Origin: an uncultured Bacteroidales bacterium
GTDB lineage: Bacteria; Bacteroidota; Bacteroidia; Bacteroidales; UBA3663
Length of the DNA: 64,000 nt
Direction: 5' to 3'
Assembly (NCBI GenBank): GCA_902770595.1
Contig: CACXTQ010000005.1
Location: 48,218-112,217 of the forward strand
Shown here: one piece after another, positions 1 to 7,404 of the stretch
How positions within the stretch are numbered: the first letter of the stretch is position 1
How the letters are laid out: each line of letters starts with the position of its first letter
Translations under genes and position numbers: made by a program
The notes under the pieces: model-generated
Told to the model about the DNA's origin: nothing
The model's database searches: none
The model's input: only the letters and a program-made list of their open reading frames with translations

Positions 1-656
1 TGACCAAACCAACTGTGATAGTGCATTTCTCCCGTAAGGTAGGCATCAGCACTCAATGACTCGGCTTCAGCGATGAAGTCGCTGCCGGAGCCTCCGCAAA
101 GGGCAAGACAGTTGACAGGAGAAGCGTCTGGACGAAGACAAGCGGCTTCGCGATTATAGCGCAAAATACAGGATGAGGTGGCATCAGCAATCCCGGCCGA
201 GAGTTTTGACCGAAGATATACAAGCAGCTCTTGTGCAGACATGGAGCGAGGCAGCTTTCCAATAACGCCACACTCCGACATCGGACGTACATCGGCGAGT
301 TGGAGCAACGTAGCCAGACGATGGTTGATGCCACCTTCGGCCTTATCGAGGTTGGTGTGGGCACTGTAGATGCCGATTCCATAGCGGATGGCGGCCATAA
401 GGATGCGGCTAATGTAGTCGCTCTCAGGGTTGACGACCTTCAGCCCATGGAAGAGAAGGGGATGATGGCTCACCACCATCTGACAGTTGCGCTGATGTGC
501 CTCCTCGATCACCTCTTCGGTGATGTCGAGACTGGTAAGGACGCGACTGACCTCCATGCGGGGATCACCGCATTGGAGGCCAGCGTTGTCATACGATTCC
601 TGCAGTTCACGAGGCGCAAAGGCCTCGATGGCGCAGGCGATGTCATTAAGTCTCAT
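1..656 (-). CDS. NIF3-like dinuclear-metal-centre protein (YbgI / GTP cyclohydrolase 1 type 2 homologue); C-terminus runs off the window
   Basis: Absent from the ORF track because it is truncated. My translation of the minus strand from the ATG at 656..654 gives MRLNDIACAIEAFAPRELQESYDNAGLQCGD...QMVVSHHPLLFHGLK...GIGIYSAHTNLDKAEGGINHRLA, which carries the typical NIF3 HHP and AHTNLD blocks. The ATG overlaps the upstream TAA by 1 nt (TAATG). Confidence 0.8.
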   Translation of the reverse strand, partial: MRLNDIACAIEAFAPRELQESYDNAGLQCGDPRMEVSRVLTSLDITEEVIEEAHQRNCQMVVSHHPLLFHGLKVVNPESDYISRILMAAIRYGIGIYSAHTNLDKAEGGINHRLATLLQLADVRPMSECGVIGKLPRSMSAQELLVYLRSKLSAGIADATSSCILRYNREAACLRPDASPVNCLALCGGSGSDFIAEAESLSADAYLTGEMHYHSWFG

Positions 657-1603
657 TACCACTTGTATGAAAGACCGAAGCTGAGGAGCTCGGTGAACTG
701 GAAGTAACCCCAGCCCTCACCCTTTTTCTCAGGAGCTACAGCGTCGTCGAAACGAAGGTGCGTGTAGAGCTTGGTCGAGAAATACTTGTTGAGAGGCATA
801 TCGAAGGTGTTCTCCCAATCGACCTCGGTATAGACGTTGTTCTTGTACTTGCCGCAGTCCCAAAGAGGAGAATAGTAAGTGGCCTGGCTGTTCCAGGTCA
901 GATACTTGCAGACCTTGTACTCGAGGGTAGCCTTGGCACCCACACCGAAGTCATACAGGTTGAAGTCACCAGGATGCAGACCAAACTGGGTACCATCGAT
1001 GCGACCCTTATGCCAAACGCCGTCTGAATCGTATGCACGACGAGGATCGCTGACGAACTTGAGGTTGTAGCCAAAGGGCGACATGTAAACTGAGAACTTG
1101 ATCTTCTCGGTCTCCTTCTTCCAGTCCATACCGACAGAAAGGTTGATGGTTCCAGGGTTGAGGAACTTCGAAATCTCGACCACATCATTGTCTACCTCCT
1201 GCCAGCCAGTGCAGAACTGTGTCTGAGCAATACCTTGCACGGTATAGTACCAATGCTCTGTAGCCTGATAACCAAGTTTGGTGGTCCACTTGAGAATATC
1301 GTTGTTGGTGATGAACGTGCGATACTGACTGCTTGCGTTCACGAAACCGAGTTTGGCCTCGATAGCGTTGTCCCAAGCGAACTTCTCATACTTGTAGTTG
1401 AATGTGTAATCAGCAGTACCGAGCAGAGCGAAACTCGACACGCCGCCCTTGTACCAGTTCTTCGAAATGTAGCCCTGGGTGAACTGCAGGCTGGCATTGC
1501 CCGACTTGGTCCAGTGCTTGTTGGCATCTTCGGCAGCATCTTCTGCCATTACACTTGTTGCCGCCATCGACAAGACGATGGCCGAAAGAATCAGTTTTTT
1601 CAT
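656..1603 (-). CDS. DUF3078-like outer-membrane beta-barrel protein
   Basis: 315 aa. Signal peptide MKKLILSAIVLSMAATSVMA. Alternating aromatic/Gly beta-strand pattern, C-terminal ...LSFGLSYKW, and a WTKSGNASLQFTQGYISKNWYKGG block reminiscent of DUF3078. Confidence 0.6.
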   Translation of the reverse strand: MKKLILSAIVLSMAATSVMAEDAAEDANKHWTKSGNASLQFTQGYISKNWYKGGVSSFALLGTADYTFNYKYEKFAWDNAIEAKLGFVNASSQYRTFITNNDILKWTTKLGYQATEHWYYTVQGIAQTQFCTGWQEVDNDVVEISKFLNPGTINLSVGMDWKKETEKIKFSVYMSPFGYNLKFVSDPRRAYDSDGVWHKGRIDGTQFGLHPGDFNLYDFGVGAKATLEYKVCKYLTWNSQATYYSPLWDCGKYKNNVYTEVDWENTFDMPLNKYFSTKLYTHLRFDDAVAPEKKGEGWGYFQFTELLSFGLSYKW

Positions 1604-1784
1604 AATTTTATTGGTTTTAGTTATGAATTTTGAGTTCTAGATTGATGAATAGTGGGGAAGCCCCAATTGTAATTTGACATTTGTCAATTGTTAAATACAA
1701 ATGCAAAATTATAACAATTATTCCTTATTTGCAAAAAAATTTGATAAAACGACCAAAAAATTTGTTTTTTTGGCATTTTTGTCC

Positions 1785-1792
1785 TATCTTTG
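1785..1792 (+). promoter_or_regulatory. Bacteroidetes-type -7 box TATCTTTG, with TTTG at 1761..1764 as a -33 element
   Basis: Exact match to TAnnTTTG. The next credible start codon is about 200 nt downstream at 1997. Confidence 0.6.
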
Positions 1793-1952
1793 CAACCGCT
1801 AAAAGACAAAAGATGCTATATAAACGTCCGCCCACGCGACCTGATCTACTCGGCCGAATGGGAATGGTGACCAGGGGTTATGACAAAATCACGTCATGAC
1901 CAATGGTTTAGACCAAAAACGACGGGTATATGGCTTTTTTGTGTCCCAAAAC

Positions 1953-1987
1953 AAAATTGTTAATTATTAATTGTTAATTGTTATTTT
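1953..1987. repeat. TTAATTG heptamer tract (about 4-5 units)
   Basis: aaaattg ttaatta ttaattg ttaattg ttatttt, ending 10 nt before the ATG at 1997. Confidence 0.8.
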
Positions 1988-1996
1988 TATATTATT

Positions 1997-2788
1997 ATGC
2001 CAAAGATTGAAAAAGAATTCAGTGTAGAAGAGAAGCTGGCTAACCTTTACAAGCTGCAGCTTTACGTTTCGGAAATCGACCGTATCAAGGGTCTTCGTGG
2101 TGAACTGCCACAGGAAGTGGAGGATATGGAACGCGAGGTGGAAGAACTCAACGCCCGCATTGCCAAATTCCACGAGGACATCGAGGCCTGCCATCACAAG
2201 ATCCAGGATATGCAGGAGAAGATCACCCAGGCCGAAGAGCTGATTGAGCAGTACACCCATCAGCAGGATGATGTACAGAACAACAAGCAGTATGAGTTCC
2301 TGACCAAGGAGATCGAGTACCAGGGTCTGGAAATCGAACTGGCCAACAAGCGCATCCGCGAGAACCTCGACCAGATTGCCTTGTTCGAAGAGAGAGAGGC
2401 CAACTGCCGCAAGGAAGTGGAAGAGCGCCGTGGCGACCTTGAGACCAAGAAGGGCGAGTTGGACGAGATCATCGCCGAGACCCGCAACGAGGAAGAGGTA
2501 ATGCGCGAGAAGGCTAAGAAGATCGAGAACTCGATGACCGACAAGAGCCTGATGACAACATTCCAGCGCATCCACCGCAAGGCACACAACGGCCTGGCTA
2601 TCGTTCCCATCGAGCGCGAATCGTGCTCGGGTTGCTTCAACAAGGTGACCCCACAGCGTCAGATTGATGTGAAGCTCCGCAAAAAGATCATTACCTGCGA
2701 ATACTGCGGCCGTATCCTCATCGACGAAGACCTGGCCAACCAGAACGAGATGCGTCGCCGCAAGAAGGGACTCCTGGCCGGCCTCTAA
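1997..2788 (+). CDS. Coiled-coil protein with C4 zinc ribbon (COG1579/DUF164-like)
   Basis: 263 aa. Long heptad-rich E/K/Q region, then CSGC...(x21)...CEYC near the C-terminus. This family is commonly a neighbour of NIF3 genes. Confidence 0.7.
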   Translation: MPKIEKEFSVEEKLANLYKLQLYVSEIDRIKGLRGELPQEVEDMEREVEELNARIAKFHEDIEACHHKIQDMQEKITQAEELIEQYTHQQDDVQNNKQYEFLTKEIEYQGLEIELANKRIRENLDQIALFEEREANCRKEVEERRGDLETKKGELDEIIAETRNEEEVMREKAKKIENSMTDKSLMTTFQRIHRKAHNGLAIVPIERESCSGCFNKVTPQRQIDVKLRKKIITCEYCGRILIDEDLANQNEMRRRKKGLLAGL

Positions 2789-2794
2789 TGCGAC

Positions 2795-4378
2795 ATGCCT
2801 ACAAACAACAACTTTAGTACAAACGGAGGCGCGCCGGCCAACCGTCGCAATACCCGTGCACAATCGCCCCAGCAACCTGCTTTGGGCAAGGTGCAGCCTC
2901 AAGCCACTGAGGTGGAAGAGGCTGTGCTGGGTGCCCTTATGCTCGAAAAGGACGCCTACTCGGTAATCTCCGACCTGCTGAAGCCCGAATCGTTCTACGA
3001 CCACAAGCACCAGCTGATCTTTGCTGCCATCCAGGAACTGGCATTCAACCAGGAACCTATCGACATGCTGACGGTGACCAACCGTCTGCAACGCAATGGC
3101 GTGATCGAAGAGGTGGGCGGTGCCTACTACATCGCCACCCTGACGAGCAAGGTAGGCTCTGCGGCCAATATCGAGTATCATGCGAAAATCATCGCCCAGA
3201 AGTCGCTGGCACGCCAACTGATCAACTATGCAGGCAAACTCGAGTCGGCAGCGTTCGACGAGACGACCGACATCGACGCACTGATGCAAAGCGCCGAAGG
3301 TGAGCTGTTCCAACTCTCGCAGCACAACATCAAGAAGGATGTCGTCCAGATTGACCCGGTGATTCAGGATGCGCTGAAGAAAATCGAGCAGGCTTCGAAT
3401 CGCGACGACGGTCTGTCGGGTCTGCCTTCTGGCTTCCATGACCTGGACAAAATTACTTCAGGCTGGCAGAACACCGACCTGGTTATCATCGCAGCACGCC
3501 CTGCCATGGGCAAGACGGCGCTTGTGCTTTCGATGGTGAAGAACATGGCGGTGAACTACAACATCCCCGTCGGCATGTTCAGCTTGGAGATGAGTAACCT
3601 TCAGCTCGTGAACCGATTGCTGCAAAACGTTTGCGAAATCTCGGGCGAGAAGGTGAAGAGCGGTAGGCTGACCAGCGACGAGTGGACCAAACTGACCACC
3701 CGCATCACCCAACTGCAAGGTGCCCCCATCTATGTGGACGACACTCCTGGTCTGTCGGTATTCGAACTTCGTACGAAAGCCCGCCGACTGGTGCGTGAAC
3801 ATGGCGTGAAGATCATTATGATCGACTACCTGCAGCTGATGACGGCCGCTGGTATGCAATTCGGTTCGCGCGAACAGGAGGTTTCGACCATTTCGCGTTC
3901 GCTGAAAGGATTGGCCAAGGAACTCGACATCCCGATCATCGCACTGTCGCAGTTGAACCGTGGTGTCGAGACCCGCCAAGGCGAGGGAAAGCGTCCACAG
4001 TTGGCCGACCTCCGCGAGTCGGGTGCCATCGAGCAGGATGCCGATATGGTGTGCTTCATCCATCGTCCCGAGTACTACAAGATCTTTGAGGATGAGAAAG
4101 GCAACGACCTGCGCGGCCTGGCCGAAATCATCATCGCCAAGCATCGTAGCGGTTCGGTTGGTGACGTCCGCCTGAGGTTCCGTGGTGAGTTCGTTCGTTT
4201 CCAGAACCTTGACGAGGACTCTAGCCTCACCCCCACCCTCACCCCTTGGAGCGGTGACCACGAACTGACGTCCCGCATGGACAACGAACCACGTCCCGAC
4301 ATGTCACAACAGCCTAATGGTTTCGAAGCTCCTTCGGGCGGCTTCGGCGCTCCTGAACCAGGGGAGGCTCCATTTTAA
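2795..4378 (+). CDS. dnaB: Replicative DNA helicase DnaB
   Basis: 527 aa. EEAVLGALMLE N-terminal domain, Walker A AARPAMGKTA, IMIDYLQLM, LSQLNR and ADLRESGAIEQDADMV motifs. Confidence 0.95.
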   Translation: MPTNNNFSTNGGAPANRRNTRAQSPQQPALGKVQPQATEVEEAVLGALMLEKDAYSVISDLLKPESFYDHKHQLIFAAIQELAFNQEPIDMLTVTNRLQRNGVIEEVGGAYYIATLTSKVGSAANIEYHAKIIAQKSLARQLINYAGKLESAAFDETTDIDALMQSAEGELFQLSQHNIKKDVVQIDPVIQDALKKIEQASNRDDGLSGLPSGFHDLDKITSGWQNTDLVIIAARPAMGKTALVLSMVKNMAVNYNIPVGMFSLEMSNLQLVNRLLQNVCEISGEKVKSGRLTSDEWTKLTTRITQLQGAPIYVDDTPGLSVFELRTKARRLVREHGVKIIMIDYLQLMTAAGMQFGSREQEVSTISRSLKGLAKELDIPIIALSQLNRGVETRQGEGKRPQLADLRESGAIEQDADMVCFIHRPEYYKIFEDEKGNDLRGLAEIIIAKHRSGSVGDVRLRFRGEFVRFQNLDEDSSLTPTLTPWSGDHELTSRMDNEPRPDMSQQPNGFEAPSGGFGAPEPGEAPF

Positions 4379-4379
4379 A

Positions 4380-4424
4380 GGTTTAGAAAGGTTAAGAGGG
4401 GTTTAGAAAGGTTCGAAGGGTTCG
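4380..4424. repeat. 10-bp phased word repeat directly after the dnaB stop
   Basis: ggtttagaaa|ggttaagagg|ggtttagaaa|ggttcgaagg|gttcg. It is followed at 4432..4484 by cggaatacc x2 and tataacgtaat(t/a)ccga x2. Confidence 0.85.
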
Positions 4425-4502
4425 TTTTTTTCGGAATACCGGAATACCGTTATAACGTAATTCCGATATAACGTAATACCGAATCGCATGAAGAAATAAA
4501 TA

Positions 4503-5198
4503 ATGATGAATATTTCAAATAAGATAGGAATTGCATCGATTGCGCTGACCATGCTGGCAGGGCACATGACGGCACAGGAAGTCGTCGCGCCCAACTATCG
4601 CGAGATCCGCACATCGATACAGAACAGCAAGAGCCCGAACTACTATCCACTGCTCATGCGGCGATACTTGGAAAACGATACGACGCTCACTCTCGAGCAA
4701 TATCGTTGCCTCTACTATGGCTATACGCTCCAAGAGGACTTCGTGCCCTATCAGAAAGAAAGGGAGAAACTCTTCGAGATACGCCGCGAACTGGTCAACA
4801 CCAATGGAAGCAAGTCAACCTGCACCGAGGCAATCAAAGTAGCGCAATCGGCACTGGAGGACGATCCATTCGACTTGCTTGCCATCTCGACACTCGCATT
4901 CTCGTACCTTCAGTTGAAGGACACGGTAAGCCACTCGCTGTGGAACAACAAGCAGGATGCACTACTCGATGCCATCGTGTCGAGCGGTGATGGTACAGAT
5001 GTTGATGATGCCATCCACGTCATCAACCTCGAGCATGAATACGAAGTGCTGAACCGTCTGGGCCTGCAAATCGAATCCGACTCGCTTTGCAACGACAACG
5101 TGGAATACCTGAGAGTTCAGTCGAATGCCGAGGACGTGAGAGGCGTCTTCTTCAACTTCGGCGCTTGCCGACAGGCTTATCGCAAGAAGTATGAATAA
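4503..5198 (+). CDS. Secreted hypothetical protein (DUF4919-like)
   Basis: 231 aa with a signal peptide ...LTMLAGHMTAQ. The YYPLLMRRYLENDTTLTLEQYRCLYYGY block resembles DUF4919. Confidence 0.5.
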   Translation: MMNISNKIGIASIALTMLAGHMTAQEVVAPNYREIRTSIQNSKSPNYYPLLMRRYLENDTTLTLEQYRCLYYGYTLQEDFVPYQKEREKLFEIRRELVNTNGSKSTCTEAIKVAQSALEDDPFDLLAISTLAFSYLQLKDTVSHSLWNNKQDALLDAIVSSGDGTDVDDAIHVINLEHEYEVLNRLGLQIESDSLCNDNVEYLRVQSNAEDVRGVFFNFGACRQAYRKKYE

Positions 5199-5208
5199 CA
5201 AATACAGA

Positions 5209-5244
5209 ATCTAGGACATCTAGAATATCTAGGACATCTAGAAA
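5209..5244. repeat. 9-bp phased CTAG word repeat
   Basis: atctaggac|atctagaat|atctaggac|atctagaaa, between convergent genes. Confidence 0.85.
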
Positions 5245-5247
5245 AAT

Positions 5248-5283
5248 TTAGGGGCGCATCATGCAATCGTGATACGCCCCTAA
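5248..5283. terminator. Hairpin between convergent genes (9-bp stem ttaggggcg/cgcccctaa, 18-nt loop)
   Basis: Arms at 5248..5256 and 5275..5283 are exact reverse complements. An A-run lies upstream. The hairpin sits between the 5198 stop (+) and the 5303 stop (-). Confidence 0.6.
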
Positions 5284-5302
5284 CTATTGAAGAAAAATCA
5301 CC

Positions 5303-6811
5303 TTACTTTGAAAGATCGACAGCGAAGTAGCCTACACGGCCCTGGGCTGTAACTGCGGCAATGAACATTACCGGATCCTGATCGGCAGAACGCTTGGTAG
5401 TAAGCTGGTTGAAGATGTTCTCGATGTCCTTGGCGCTCTTCACAGCCTGGTCATTGATCTTGATGATGACCATCTTCTCACGCAGTCCTGCACGGTAGAA
5501 GAGTCCGTTGGTCTCGAGCTTGTCAATCTGTACGCCAGTACGAACACCATAGCGGATGAGCTCCTCAGCAGAGAGGTTCTTGAAAGTGGCACCCAGCTTG
5601 TCGATACCCTTGGTCTGGATCACGTCGGTGTTGCCCTTAGTGTTCTTGAGTGTAACGGTGAAGTTCTTCTTATCACCCTTACGATCGACTACGACCTTCA
5701 CCTTATCGCCTGGTCGATAGCGGGCAATCTCGCCCTGAAGTTGAGCCATGGTGTTGATAGTAGTTCCGTTGACCGAAGTAATGACGTCACCTGGCTTGAT
5801 GCCTGCCTCAGCAGCACCACCATCTTCGGATACCTGATCGACATAAACACCTTCGTTGACCTTCAAATCCTTCTGCTCTACCACATCGGCATTGACATCA
5901 CCACCGATGATACCGAGCAATGCACGCTGCACTGTGCCGTACTGCTTCAAGTCGGTCACAACCTTGCTCACGATGCTCGAAGGCACAGCGAAGGAATAAC
6001 CAGCGTAGTTGCCGGTCTGTGAATAGATGGCAGTATTGATGCCCACAAGTTCGCCGGCCGTGTTGACGAGAGCGCCACCTGAGTTGCCTGGATTGACGGC
6101 TGCATCGGTCTGGATGAAACTTTCGATACCGAGCTTGCTGCTGCCTACGCTGATACTACGAGCCTTGGCGCTGACGATACCTGCGGTGACCGTGCTGGTG
6201 AGGTTGAAAGGATTGCCCACAGCAAGTACCCATTCGCCAATCTTCAGTGCATCACTCTGTCCCATAGGGATGGTGGGAAGGTCCTTGGCATCAATCTTTA
6301 GCAAAGCGATGTCAGTGGTAGGATCGGTGCCCACAAGAGTTGCGGTGAACTGACGACGATCGTTGAGGGTGACGGTGAGTTCGTCGGCCTTGTCAATCAC
6401 GTGATTGTTGGTGACAATGTATCCGTCGCTCGAAATGATGACACCCGAACCGGCGCCAACGGGCATCGGATCGCTCGACTGAGGCTCCTGCTGACGTTGG
6501 CCACGCTGACCGAAGAAGAAATCGAAGAAAGGATCGTTCATGCCTCCGAACGACTGCGCCTGACGCACCTGCTTGTTGGTGATGCCCACCACGGCATTCA
6601 CCGTCTTCTCGGCAGCACGCGTGAAATCGTTATCGGTCACCGAACCCGTCGAGGTGGTAAAGAATCCTGTTGGGGTAAGTGAAATAGAACTATCCTGCTG
6701 GGCAAGGTCATTCACCATCTTGCCCTCCATTACCTTAAATGTGGCAGCGGCAGTAACTCCGCTCACAACAACCATAGCTCCCAAGAGCTTTAATACACTA
6801 CTTGTTTTCAT
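5303..6811 (-). CDS. htrA: Periplasmic serine endoprotease, HtrA/DegP/DegQ family (trypsin-like domain + 2 PDZ)
   Basis: 502 aa with a signal peptide. Catalytic blocks TNNHV, DIALLK and GNSGGALVN, plus PDZ-like C-terminal halves. Confidence 0.9.
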   Translation of the reverse strand: MKTSSVLKLLGAMVVVSGVTAAATFKVMEGKMVNDLAQQDSSISLTPTGFFTTSTGSVTDNDFTRAAEKTVNAVVGITNKQVRQAQSFGGMNDPFFDFFFGQRGQRQQEPQSSDPMPVGAGSGVIISSDGYIVTNNHVIDKADELTVTLNDRRQFTATLVGTDPTTDIALLKIDAKDLPTIPMGQSDALKIGEWVLAVGNPFNLTSTVTAGIVSAKARSISVGSSKLGIESFIQTDAAVNPGNSGGALVNTAGELVGINTAIYSQTGNYAGYSFAVPSSIVSKVVTDLKQYGTVQRALLGIIGGDVNADVVEQKDLKVNEGVYVDQVSEDGGAAEAGIKPGDVITSVNGTTINTMAQLQGEIARYRPGDKVKVVVDRKGDKKNFTVTLKNTKGNTDVIQTKGIDKLGATFKNLSAEELIRYGVRTGVQIDKLETNGLFYRAGLREKMVIIKINDQAVKSAKDIENIFNQLTTKRSADQDPVMFIAAVTAQGRVGYFAVDLSK

Positions 6812-6868
6812 AACTATTTTTTAATTTTTTATTGTTGATTTCTTGTTTTTTCGTCTTATTTGACGGTG

Positions 6869-6876
6869 CAAAGATA
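6869..6876 (-). promoter_or_regulatory. -7 box TATCTTTG (minus strand) upstream of htrA
   Basis: The plus strand reads caaagata, about 58 nt upstream of the ATG at 6811. Confidence 0.55.
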
Positions 6877-6992
6877 CACAAGTTTAAGCGAATTAAGTTA
6901 AAATGGGACGAAATTTTAACATTTTCTATTAAAAAAGGGGCAAAGAATTAAAATTTTGAATTCCGTTTACATTCATTTTAAATAATTTTGCG

Positions 6993-7000
6993 TATCTTTG
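6993..7000 (+). promoter_or_regulatory. -7 box TATCTTTG driving rnpB
   Basis: Exact TAnnTTTG 6 nt before the P1 stem of RNase P RNA. Confidence 0.7.
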
Positions 7001-7005
7001 CGCCC

Positions 7006-7384
7006 GCAGTAGGCCTGTCTGTCGCTCGCTCACACGCGAGAGGAAAGTCCGGGCTACACAGGGCTCCATGCCGGTTAACAGCCGGTAGGCGGCGACGTTT
7101 AGGTTAACGTAACAGAAAATAACCGCCCCACAAGGGGTAAGGGTGAAAAGGCGAGGTAAGAGCTCACCGCACACTTGGTAACAAGGCGTGGCTGTACGTC
7201 CCATGGGTTGTAAGATCATGTATACTGGTGGTTGGTACGTGTCGGAAACGATACTGTGTCCATGAAGGGCGGCCCGTCCAAGCCAGGGGGTAGATTGCTA
7301 AAGTGCGTCAGCAATGGCGAACTCAGATCAATGGCAGACGCCTGTCGAAAGACAGGGACGGAACCCGGCTTATAAGCCTACTGC
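7006..7384 (+). ncRNA. rnpB: RNase P RNA, bacterial type A
   Basis: Universal GAGGAAAGUCCGGGCU (P4 5' strand), ACAGAAAAUAACCGCC, GGUAAGGGUGAAAAGGCGAGGUAAGAGCUCACC, and ACGGAACCCGGCUUA (P4 3' strand). P1 pairing between gcagtaggc (7006..) and gcctactgc (..7384), followed by a T-run. Confidence 0.95.
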
Positions 7385-7404
7385 ATTTTTTATTAAAATC
7401 GAGA

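Noticed and set aside
1967-3439. 490-aa ORF on the minus strand spanning the zinc-ribbon gene and the 5' half of dnaB
   Set aside because: It is antisense to two genes with clear family motifs. Its L/V/D/Q/H-rich, low-information sequence is typical of the shadow frame of GC-rich coding DNA, and it has no promoter box.
7303-7404. N-terminal 34 codons of the 706-aa track ORF
   Set aside because: They lie inside the RNase P RNA (7006..7384). The first ATG after the RNA, at 7405, gives a sensible start (MADKDKQ).
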